From Raja brachyura (taxonomy: Eukaryota), in NCBI GenBank assembly GCA_963514005.1, contig OY740812.1, positions 12,958,001 to 13,022,000 of the forward strand: DNA of 64,000 bases, in the 5' to 3' direction. A program made the position numbers and the translations under genes. The notes beneath the pieces were generated by a model. The model saw only the letters and a program-made list of their open reading frames with translations. It searched no databases and was not told the DNA's origin. Positions within the stretch are counted from its first letter, which is position 1, and each line of letters opens with the position of its first letter. Shown here in pieces: positions 52,281-62,989 of this stretch.

Positions 52281-52617
52281 AATAAAAAAAACTTTTATAT
52301 TAGAAAAAAAGCCTTGCGTTATGTAGTTCTGTTTTTCTTTGGGTTTGAACTCAATGGATTTCCATCACACCCAAATACAGCAGAAGCTAGAAATAAAAGC
52401 AAGAAGCCACAGTATCTCAGCCAATAATAAAGTGAAATGTATAACATTGCAAGTCAAAAATCTTCCATCACAACACGTCGTCATTGCTTTCTTGCAAATA
52501 ATTGTTCTCTGCACTTTCTTTTAAGGAGTTCCCAAGGCACATTGGGAACATAGCTTTACTGTGAATTTTGTGCTGATCAGAATGAGTAATGACAGATCAA
52601 ACACGTCCAACAATAAA
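52281..52617 (+). terminator. CCDC47: Cluster of candidate CCDC47 poly(A) signals
   Basis: AATAAA at 52281, 52392, 52426 and 52612, just before TE density rises. An earlier AATAAA lies at 50173. Confidence 0.45.
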
Positions 52618-52862
52618 AGCATTAATTTCTTTCTTTCCTCATGGCATTTCCAACATTTTCTGATTCCAAGTCAGAATTCCACAACCTGGAGTGCTTTTGG
52701 TTGCAAATAATTAAGGACAGGTACACCAAAGATTAGACATATTGTGCTGCAACCTAAAGGGTAGTAACTATAAGGAGTGATTGCACAAACGTGGATGTTT
52801 TTTCTCCTGGAGCCTTCAGTGGCTGAGGGGAGACCCGATGAAAATACTTAGATTATGAGAGG

Positions 52863-53086
52863 GTACACACAAAATGCTGGAGTAACTCAGCGGGACAGGC
52901 AGCATCTCTGGAGAGAAGGAATGGGTGACGTTTCGGGTCGAGGCCCTTCTTCAGACTGAAGAAGGGCCTCGACCCGAAACATCTCCCATTCCTTCTCTCC
53001 AGAGATGTTGCCTGTCCCGCTGAGTTACACCAGCATTTTGTGTCTACCTTCGATTTAAACCAGCATCTGCAGTTCTTTCCTACGCA
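52863..53086. mobile_element. Palindromic Penelope pLTR-derived element with back-to-back hammerhead-like cores
   Basis: 88-bp inverted arms centred on 52955. 14-bp TSD TAGATTATGAGAGG (52849-62 and 53087-100). Inserted in a decayed CR1. Confidence 0.88.
52927..52954 (-). ncRNA. Minimal type I hammerhead ribozyme motif (PLE-associated)
   Basis: The minus strand reads CUGAAGA-A-GGGCCUCGACCC-GAAAC-GUC. Activity is not demonstrated. Confidence 0.6.
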
Positions 53087-55223
53087 TAGATTATGAGAGG
53101 CATTGATAGGTTATCCCCAGGTGGAAATGCCAAATACTGGAAGGCACCGACCGTTATAAGGCCAGAGGGAGAAAGTTTAAATTAGATATGTGGGGTGAGG
53201 CTTTTTTTTTTAAATCGAGAGTGGCAAGTGGCATATGACTTTAAAAGAGGTGTTTACATAGGCAGATGAACAGGTAAGAAATGGAGCGATTAATTTAAAT
53301 TGGTATATTGTGCAGCACAGCAATGGTGGGCTGAGGGGCCTGTTCTTGTGCTGTACTGCTCTATGTTCTAACTATTGCCTGTTCTCCATGAGTGATAAGA
53401 TTACATTTTCAGCACCAGTTGTTCTGGGTGAATTATTATTGGAATAAAAAGAGTTCAAAGGTTCTCCAAAAGACAGTTTGTGCTGACTGCTTATTTGGAA
53501 CTAGATTGGGGTTGAGAAAATGTATCCTGTGGCCAAACACTTGTTTAGGAAGATTCACTTTGGGATGCCTGCCAAGGAGTTATATAATGTGTACTGTAAT
53601 TATGTACATTTGAGTTTTGCTCATCTGGTAAATGAATTGGATTAATTGAAATGCATCCAATCTCCACATAATTTCCATTAGTGCACTTAATTTAGCTGCT
53701 CTGATGGATTAGTTCTTTCAGAAATTATGTAATTGGGCAACAGTAGTGAAAATTAATGTACTGAACTTGCAAATTGAAACCTTGGACTGATTTCAGAAAA
53801 GGAAATCCAAATCACCATGACAGCTGGGCGACTTAGTTACATTATGGAATGAAAAGTTAGTATCAGTGACTGTGACTCTTTCATTATTCAGATCTATCAA
53901 AGTATATTACTAATCTTCCAATTGTCTACATATGTAGGGATGGTGCCTGACGAATGGAAAATTGGAAATGGTACACCCATTTGCTTAAAAAATAATTTAA
54001 ACAAAAAAAAAAGCTGAACTCCAGATCAGTCACTTTATATCTGATAGGGTGGCATACCAGTAATAATCAGAGGCAGAATTAGCTGTCAAATTAATATGTG
54101 TGGATTGATTAGAGAAAACTAACAATTTCTTTTTTTTTTTTTTTTAAGGCAGATGGACACTTGCCTAACTTGATAGTTTTACTTTTGATCAAGTAACAGA
54201 GCCCATGATGAAAATATTTTAAGGTATAGGAAACTGGCTTAAGAAATGGTAAACATTAATAGGAGTGAAGTGTACACTTGAGTTCCCCAGGGATTGGTAG
54301 TTGTCTATTGTCTCTTCTAGTATATCTAAATTATATATCTTGATGAATTGTGGCGGAAGTGAATGTTTAGGGTAATAGATGGGGTACTGACCAGTGGGAC
54401 TGTTTTGGTGGTGAGGAGTTTTATGGTTGCTTGCACTGCACTCATTCAGGGAAGTGGAGAGCATCCTATTATGCCACTTATCTGTCTTTATGAAAGGCTT
54501 TGACGCCCTAAGAAAATAGGAATCTGCAACAGAATGCCCAGCCACTGATCTGATTTTATGGCCACGGTATTTATGTGGCTATCCAGTTGAGTTTCTGGTC
54601 AATGATGACCCCAGGATATTGATAGTGGGAAACCTGGTGATAATAATACCATTGGTTGTTAAAGGTTAAATTCTCGTTGGGATGGTCATTGATTGCCTGG
54701 CATTTTTGTCAGTGTGAACGTTACTTGCCACTGATAACCACATGCCTGAACGCTATTGAGATCTTGCAACATTCAGTCTTGGACTGCTTCATTTGCTAAG
54801 GAAATGTAAGTGGAACTGAAAACTTACGCCATCTTTGACGAACATACCCATTTCTGACTCTATGCTGGAACAAAGGTCGTTGAAGTAGCTAAAGATGCTG
54901 AGAACACGGCTCTGCCTTGAAGAACTTCTGCATTGATGTCTTGGTCCCACTATAACCATCTTGCTTTGTACAAGGTATGACCCCAGTAAGGTGTGTTGCT
55001 TGGGATTATCATTTGACATAACAAGATGCCTTGCTACCAAGAACAGTCACTGAACCTAGGAATTTAGGCTTTTGGTCCTCGTTTGGATAAAACCTCCGAG
55101 GAGGGCTGGATCACAGTGTTGCTGACACAGGCTCATTGGGCCGAATGGTCAAATTCTGTTTCCATTCTGGTTTATACCTCCCTCTGCCTGTCTCCCTCAC
55201 AGCTCCCAGTCCTCTGTCCCACT

Positions 55224-55375
55224 GTGTAGGAAGGAACTGCAGATGCTGGTTCAAACCGAAAATAGACACAAAATGCTGGAGTAGCTCAGCAGGACAGGCA
55301 ACATCTCTGGGGAGAAGGAATGGGAGACGTTTCGGGTGGAGACCCTTCTTCAGTCTGAGTTACTCCAGCACTTGT
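55224..55375 (-). mobile_element. Penelope pLTR-derived element with an intact hammerhead core (55326-55353)
   Basis: The minus strand reads CUGAAGA-A-GGGU-CUCC-ACCC-GAAAC-GUC. An oppositely oriented copy lies at 55680-55791. Confidence 0.75.
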
Positions 55376-55959
55376 TTTGCATTTCCTTGTTTATACAAGA
55401 GTCCATGAGTCCCCATCGTAAAGATAATTCAAGAGATGCTGGAGAGCAGAGGTCGTTGGAAACAGCAGGTTAGGTATGATATGTTCGTACATATCTGACA
55501 TACCTAACAGCAGGTAAGTAAGTACATTTTATATATATAGCACGTTTAAATCAACTCGCATTGAAACCAAAGTGCTTACATAGAAGAAATAGTTAAGTTT
55601 CCGTACATCCATAGGTTAGGTATGTCATTCAACACATCAAGTTGAATGACATTTCCACTGAAAGGTTTTGTGCGGAAAACAGAAACGTCACTAATTCCTT
55701 CTGTCCATGGACACTGCCTGTCCCGCTGAGTTACTCCAGCATTTTGTGTCTATCTTCGATTTAAACCAGCATCTGCAGTTCCTTCCTACACATCCCAAGA
55801 TGTTTCACAGGAGTGACAGTAGACACAGTTTGATAGAGAATCACTCAAGGTTATGTTAGTGCCAAAAGATAACCTAAAGAAGTTATAAGGTTGTCTTCAG
55901 AGACGAGAGGGGGAGAAGTGAGATTAGGGAGGAAACTCCGCTACTCATTTGCAGTTGGC

Positions 55960-56260
55960 AGTCCCACTGTGTCAAGCTGGGCTACTGTCGCGCATGCGAG
56001 CTTGCTCCCCTGCCGGTACCGCTCCAGTGCGCATGCACAGGCCAGGTCGGAGCCGGTCCAGTGCGCATGCACACCCGGCGGCCGGCCGGCACCCGACGGC
56101 GATCTGTGGATGCGCGGGGGCGCGGAGGGCCGGTGAGTGGGTGAGGAGCGGCCTGTGGCCGGGCCTGGTCATGGCGGGAGCGCAGCGCGTTACCTGGGGC
56201 TGCTGAGCGACACCCGGGCGTCCGGGTCTTACCCCCTCTTCGGTGCGACGGGCAAGATTG
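55960..56260 (+). promoter_or_regulatory. TACO1: CpG-island promoter and first exon of TACO1 with three NRF1-type motifs
   Basis: GCGCATGC at 55990, 56029 and 56063. Donor CG|GTGAGT, exon ending at 56132. Confidence 0.78.
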
Positions 56261-57727
56261 GAGCTGAAGTGGAACTCTCGGCTCTGGGGATCTCAGGAAG
56301 CAGCAGGATGTCGTTTGTGTAATATAGACCATGATCTGGACGGGACTGAAATGTTGGCACGCTGATCATTACGTTTCTGCAGCCAGCACAGAAATTGTCG
56401 GAGTTGTGGATAGTGAGGGAGGTCGTCAAAGGATTCGACAAGGAAGGTCATAGAGTTATCTAGCACTGAAACAGGCCCTTCAGCCCGACTTATCTATGCT
56501 GACCATTATGTTTACTGGGCTAGTCACATTTTCCTTCATTTAGCTCATATCCCCATTAACCTTTATGCGTGCACAAAGTCCTTTATACATTGTAATTTGT
56601 ACCTTTCTCTAGCAGCTCCTCTACCCGGAGAAAAAGACTGACTTTTCATATTGTCTCCGCCCCTATGGTTGTGTAAACCGCCATAAGATCACATCCTCAA
56701 CCTCCAACACACCAGGAAAATAAGGCCCAGCCTATCCATTCTCTCTATAATTCAAGCCCTCCGGTCTTTGTAACATCCTTATGAACGTTTTCTGTGCCCT
56801 TCCCATCTCAATGACATAATTTTCTATTGCTGAGCAACCAGAACTGCATGCAAAACTCCAAGATCAGTCTCACGCTTTAAACACAGTACTCAATAGATAA
56901 TATAAACAAACAAAAATAAATCAGTATACATCACTATTTCACATGAATGACAAAAAGGCAAGGCATGTTAAACTGGATAAGACCATATGGACTACAGTGA
57001 AGAACAAATACATTGGTAGGGTCAATCATGTAGGTTCGGGATGGCAATCAGTACTCAAAAGGGTTAGTCAATTTTATTCAATGATGTGTACGAGTGGCAT
57101 AACATTAATGTTACAAGCAGGCACAATGAGATTGGTTCAATAAAAACATTATAAGATACAGATTGAGAGGTTACACCTACATGAAAAGAATGAGGAGATT
57201 TTGCCCCCTTTATGTAAAAATTAATAGAAAAGCATAAGGGGTGTTGCCATACAGGGTGTTATGAAAATAAATTAATAGACTGGATTGACTTCCACTTCTG
57301 GGGATACCGAAGTGTATGAGCGATACATAAAATGGTTAGTAAAAAATCCAATAATGAATTTGGGATAATTAACTGGTGTGCTGAGATGCAACTTCCTGAA
57401 GGGTTATTAGCACTGATGTATTTCAGGGGAAATACATGAAGGAGGGAGCAAGGAGTAGAAGGCCATGGTGATGGGGTTGAAAGAAGAGGGGCAGGTTTTG
57501 TGGAGCATAAACATTGGGATGAACCAGCTGTGCTGAATAGTTATTTGTTCATTATTCTAGTTTGTCCAGAATAGTAAACTTACTAGAAACAAAACCCCAA
57601 ATAATTGGAGCGATTCAGCTGATCAGGCATGATTTGTGGCTGCTATTTGCTCCTGATCCAGCATCTTCAGTCCCCTGTGTTCATGTTGTTCATCCTTTTT
57701 TGCAGCTGGTCAATCGGATTTGCCACC

Positions 57728-58031
57728 ATGGCTAGAGTTGCCACATTTCAAAGTGTTTTGCGGAATAGAAACTACCTCCTGTCGTCACTGTGGAATTCAG
57801 CCATGTTAGTGGCAAAGCGCAGAGCTCTCTCACCGGCCTCCATTCCCCTCTGCGCCCAGGCAAGCTGCCAGTACAGTCTCCTAGTGCCGTGTGCTGAGAT
57901 CCACATGTCTGCAGCTAATCATGCAGGACATAACAAGTGGTCAAAGGTGAAACATATCAAAGGGCCAAAAGATACTGCCAAGAGTCAGGTGTTTGCCAAG
58001 CTTTCAATCATGATCCGCATTGCAGTGAAAG
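57728..58031 (+). CDS. TACO1: TACO1 (YebC/PmpR family, mitochondrial) coding exon 1
   Basis: Acceptor AG 57704-05 and perfect Kozak GCCACCATGG. Arg/Ser/Leu-rich presequence-like N-terminus followed by [17 protein letters not shown]. Confidence 0.94.
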
Positions 58032-58357
58032 GTAATGTGGAAACAATTCATGAATTTTCCTTTTAGCTGAATATGTGTTTACTTAATTTGCTATAATACA
58101 TTTTATCCACTGGATTTATCTGGTGTTCATCCACCAAATTATAAGAATAACACTAGCAAAAAAATACTGAATTTCCTATGAATATTTGGTAGCATTGTCT
58201 CTGAATAAAAATTATGGAAATATTTGATTCTAAAATTTTGTACTTTAAATTTCCATTACACAGTTTTAACTGCTGCAACAGGTTGAGGAGAGCTACTATG
58301 CTATTTCTATACTGAAGTCCCAGATACGGATAGATCTTATTCTAACTCTTTTTGCAG

Positions 58358-58464
58358 AAGGTGGTTCAAATCCTGAGTTTAACTCTCAGCTGGCAAACCT
58401 CATTGAGCAGTGCCGAAGCAAGAACATGCCTAAAGCATCTATTGAAGCTGCAATTAAAGGTGCA
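58358..58464 (+). CDS. TACO1: TACO1 coding exon 2
   Basis: (E)[35 protein letters not shown]. Confidence 0.94.
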
Positions 58465-58792
58465 GTAAGTATTGCATTGCCATCTTGTAATTAATTAGTT
58501 GGTCCACATTGTTATATAAAATCTTTACTAAAACAATCTCCTAATTTCTCCTCCAATTCTTCTATCACTTATTTTAAATATAAGCCCCTCAGCCTTTTGA
58601 TTCTTCTGCAAATGGGAGATTGGTTATTCCTTGCATTTCAATCTCCTCTTTAATGAAGTCCTTTCTATAGCAGGGCATAACTGTACTCCAAATATGGCTT
58701 ACCAACATCTTGTACGACACACAGCATTGTTAATGGTGCCTCTGATAGTATTTCAGCTTTAGCTGTTTATACGCATGTTTCTTATTTGGCAG

Positions 58793-58923
58793 AAATCCAA
58801 GGCTTCGATCTACTCACTGTATGAAGCAAGAGGTCCAGGAGGGTCGGCCCTGCTCATTGAAGTCCTCACAGACAATAACAGCCGAACACTACAACAACTA
58901 AAGAGCATTCTGAATAAAAATGG
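58793..58923 (+). CDS. TACO1: TACO1 coding exon 3
   Basis: KSKASIYSLYEARGPGGSALLIEVLTDNNSRT...LNKN(G), with YebC-family motifs. Confidence 0.94.
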
Positions 58924-60133
58924 GTAAGAACAAACTGAGGGACAGTTTTTCAGGATTTGCCTGACGAGGCCCAATTGATGCTTGTTGCTTAAGCTGTACA
59001 CAAACAACAGGTGTTGAGGGTTAGTGCAATGCATTACCGTATGGGATAGATTTTGTTTGTAACCATCTCCGATCTGTGGGCTTCAAGTTTAAAATGCACA
59101 GTAATCTGAATGAATGTATAGCAAGGCTGATTATTTGTTCTAGAAAGGAAGTTTTCAGTGTCTTTTTCCCATTATTTGTCTTGGGGCTTGGGATCTATTT
59201 GGGGAAATGAAATGGCTGCTTGCGTTGGTACAGGTGAGTCGTCAGGTTGTAATGCTACAATCATCGTGAGTGTGGGACAGCCCTTTATTTAAAAATGAAC
59301 ATCCCCTTATGTTGAATGTCCAGTTGTTGCTTTATGAAGTGGCTTGGATGAGAAGGATGGACAGAAGACACGCATTTGTGTAGTGTATTTGATACCTTTG
59401 GGACATTGTGTACTTTGCATTTCAAAAATAATTTGTTGGTAATGATCATTGTCAAATGGTAAACATTCCTCAGGTGGGATTACAGTATTTTGAAGTGGGG
59501 ATTAGGTGCTCGTTTAGGTCGTGTGTGGGTATCATTACTGACATCTGACCATATTATTTCATGTTGGTCCACATCCAGCTCTTGAAGCTGCTGCTGATAA
59601 CACCAAAACTCTATGCATCACGATCCAGATCGCATCTGTTCCCATCTTCATGCCAATCACACTTGACCTTGTATTCTTGTCTCAATTACTCACCAATCAC
59701 AACTGATGCTGAACAAAATTGCCAATGTGCCTGCAACTGGGTGTAATCCTGAGCCCATCAAATTGGATACTCTATCCATAGTCTGATCACACCAAATATA
59801 GTTACTACCTGCTGGGCACTCCGAACACTGCATGCCAGACCTCACCTCACGACTTTCATATCTCTGCACTTCCATGTGGAATAGACTCAAACTCAGAAAT
59901 TTGGAGCAGTTAGCTTCTCTTCTTCTCCAAGGCTTCAGATTGGAAAGTGATTTGGAGTCCTGAGCGAGAAAGATTGACCAGATCATTTAGGGGCTGGTAT
60001 TTTCAGATAGCATTGTTTTAAGTGATGTAAATGTACTGGTTTATGGAAACAATACTGTTTCAAATGCCACTTTGGTTGCGTGAAATGTCATCAGTTTTGT
60101 TAAAACACCATTATGATGTCTTGTTAATGCCAG

Positions 60134-60311
60134 GGGAATGATGAGTGATGGAGCACGCCACGCTTTCCAGAAGAAAGGGGTGGTGATGGTGAATGGCCTG
60201 GATAAGGACGGTAAGGATGTTCTGTTGGAACGTGCTCTGGAGCTGGCAATTGACTCTGGAGCTGAGGATGTTAAGCAGATTGAAGATGAAGAAGATCAAG
60301 TCATGCTGAAG
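60134..60311 (+). CDS. TACO1: TACO1 coding exon 4
   Basis: [17 protein letters not shown]...[13 protein letters not shown]...MLK. Confidence 0.94.
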
Positions 60312-61804
60312 GTGAGAACACATTGGCACTCCTCAAAAGGACTTCAAGGTCTAATGTGGGCATAGTATGTCTAGTCTCCACCAGCAGCACTGCAGGAAGG
60401 AAATGACGTGGCATCCTTGATGTGCTTAATCAGAACAAAGTTACATAAAGAGCAAAGCTTCCCATCAAATACTTGCTAGGTGCAGCATGGGTTAATGTTC
60501 CTTCCACACTGTTACATCAATATTCCCAGGGCCGGGCCGGGCCAGCTCAGTTTGGATAGACTGTAATACTTTCTGCACAGTATGTCATTTTGTTCCCAGT
60601 GCAGATACAGCACAGATTAAATTAAATATCATGGATGCAGTGTTTTGACCAGAAATGTTGACCATCTCTATGTCACTACAAATGCTTCTGGACTTGCTTG
60701 CTCCAGATGAAATATGAAACTAACCTGATGCTTGTTCTCACCTGTATCCAGTGAAGAGCAAAAATAAATGCAAAATAAATTGTTGCATTTGTATCATCGT
60801 GATTCTTTGTTTTCCTTATGACATTAAGAGTTTAATGCCACCCGAGCCAGAATTGGCAACAATTTTGTGATTCCAATTCCAAGTACTAAATGGTATCAGC
60901 ATTAATTTCATGAAAAACAAGTCAGGTTTATCATCATCAGAGTGTGTCAAACTGCTGTGCAATCAACCAATTATTTCAGTACTGTGACTTTTTGAAGCAG
61001 AAAATAGCAGCCAATTTATACATTCTGATCTAGAGAGTCAACAGACATGCTGCATTTGCTTCAAGGGCAGTGTTTACTGCTCATTGCTGGCTGCCCGTGA
61101 GAAGATGGTAATGAACCATCTTTGTGAGCCCTGGTGAATCGCCCTAGGATGCTGGTGGTGGGCAATGCTTTTTTAATAAACTGGATTTAAATTCCCCAGC
61201 ACCTCTGGTGGGATTTGAATATATCTCTGGATTAGTGTTCTTGACTTAGAAAATAGGTGCAGGAATAGGCCATTTGGCCAGCACTGCCATTCAACATGAT
61301 CATGGCTGATCATGACGTTCAAGAACAATCAAAGCTTCAAAAATGCCATGATTATCTGGATTGATAGATAAATTTTGGCCTAGACACTGAAAGCTACCCT
61401 CAGACTTTAGATACCATTGCGTCTACCACATTGACATCAACAAGGTCAGTGTCACAGGACCTTTAAACAGTGTTTAATAATTATCTGAAAATCAGTCCTG
61501 TCTCAGAAGAGTTTTATCTATTTTAGAAAGCAATTGCAGGGTTCAATGTGAACTGCCTTTGAGCACTACATTTTCCACAGCAGCTGTCAGATAAACCCTT
61601 CAGCACCAAGTGGAAATACGACAATGTAAGAAATATGGGGAAGTGTGGTAATTTACCGATACCGCTACATTTTATAAGGTGCAGAGTTGTACTCGCACAG
61701 GACAAAACTAGGGAATAAGGGGAAGATTCTTTTTTAATTTTTGTGTTAAATAAAACCTGTAAAGGACTCATGCCATACATAATGTTTTCTAAATTCTTTT
61801 TCAG

Positions 61805-62014
61805 TTTGTTTGTGACTTGTCCTCATTGCGGGAGGTACGAGAGAGGTTGGATTCATTGGGACTGCTGACCATTGATTCTGGACCTGAATTTATCGCCACC
61901 ACAACGGTCCCACTAACGGATAGAGATTTGGAAACAGCATTTTCCTTGATTGAACAAATCGATGAGAATCAGGACGTTATTAAAGTCTATGATAATATAG
62001 ACTTGCAAAGTTAA
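61805..62014 (+). CDS. TACO1: TACO1 last coding exon
   Basis: FVCDLSSLREVRERL...QDVIKVYDNIDLQS-stop. The joined CDS is 930 nt = 309 aa. AATAAA at 62321. Confidence 0.95.
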   Translation, partial: FVCDLSSLREVRERLDSLGLLTIDSGPEFIATTTVPLTDRDLETAFSLIEQIDENQDVIKVYDNIDLQS

Positions 62015-62989
62015 CTTCAAGAAGAGGGCTTTTTGTGCACCATGAACAATTACCATGAGTATCAAACTTAGCTGAATACTGAGTTTGTGTGCAGTGCACT
62101 ATTTGTGGATCATTTCAAGGTTTTCTGAGTACTCCCAACAATTTTGCCTCAAAACATAAATATGCTGCACAGTAAACTTACAGTTATGATTAATTGTAGA
62201 TACTAAACATGCATTTTTATCCTTTGGTTTTCATCCTTTGCTGAAGGCTACTGGGGTACTGTTCTACCAGCACCATGTGCTCTGCAGCCCCTCATCCAAT
62301 TCGCTATTCTCGGTACATTGAATAAAGTGCCATGGCCCAGCCTATACAGTACTCATAATTAGGCATAGTTTCTTGTATGTTCATCAGCTAAACACAGGAT
62401 AGGGCCCGATTCTTCTTGAGGTGGATTGGTCATCTACAGTCCTTGTCTGGCTTGAGAAGGTGCCATGCCCAAATGGATGAGTCTTCAGAAGAAGGAGAAA
62501 ATATGTCATTATTTTAACAACCTCTGAAATATTTAATCGGATTTCAATAGCTTTAGTGGGATTTTTTTCGTAATATAAATATCAATGTAATGCATGTCAT
62601 TCCTAGGATGACATCATGTGAACCCTGGTGAATGTGGTGCAAATCTTTCTGAAATTCCCTGAATAAACAGCAGGACATTACAGTAACAACATACTGCCAG
62701 TGTTTGTTTTTATTGACAAGATATTACTTAGTAGGTAGCACTTTATTCATATCTTCCCCAGTGCCACCTCTCTCTTCCCCACTCTATCTCATCTCCCTGC
62801 CAAAATAAGGCATTACTGCCTGCTAACTCTCAAGTTGATAATTATGGACTGCTCCTACCAGCAGTTCTGCCAATGAAACAGTTCCCAGTGATTTCTGCAG
62901 GTTAGTAAGAGGAGAAAAATGGATTTATCTTGACTTCTGAACTAACCATTTGAGGATGATACCTCTTGATATTCACCTTGGGGCTTCCT

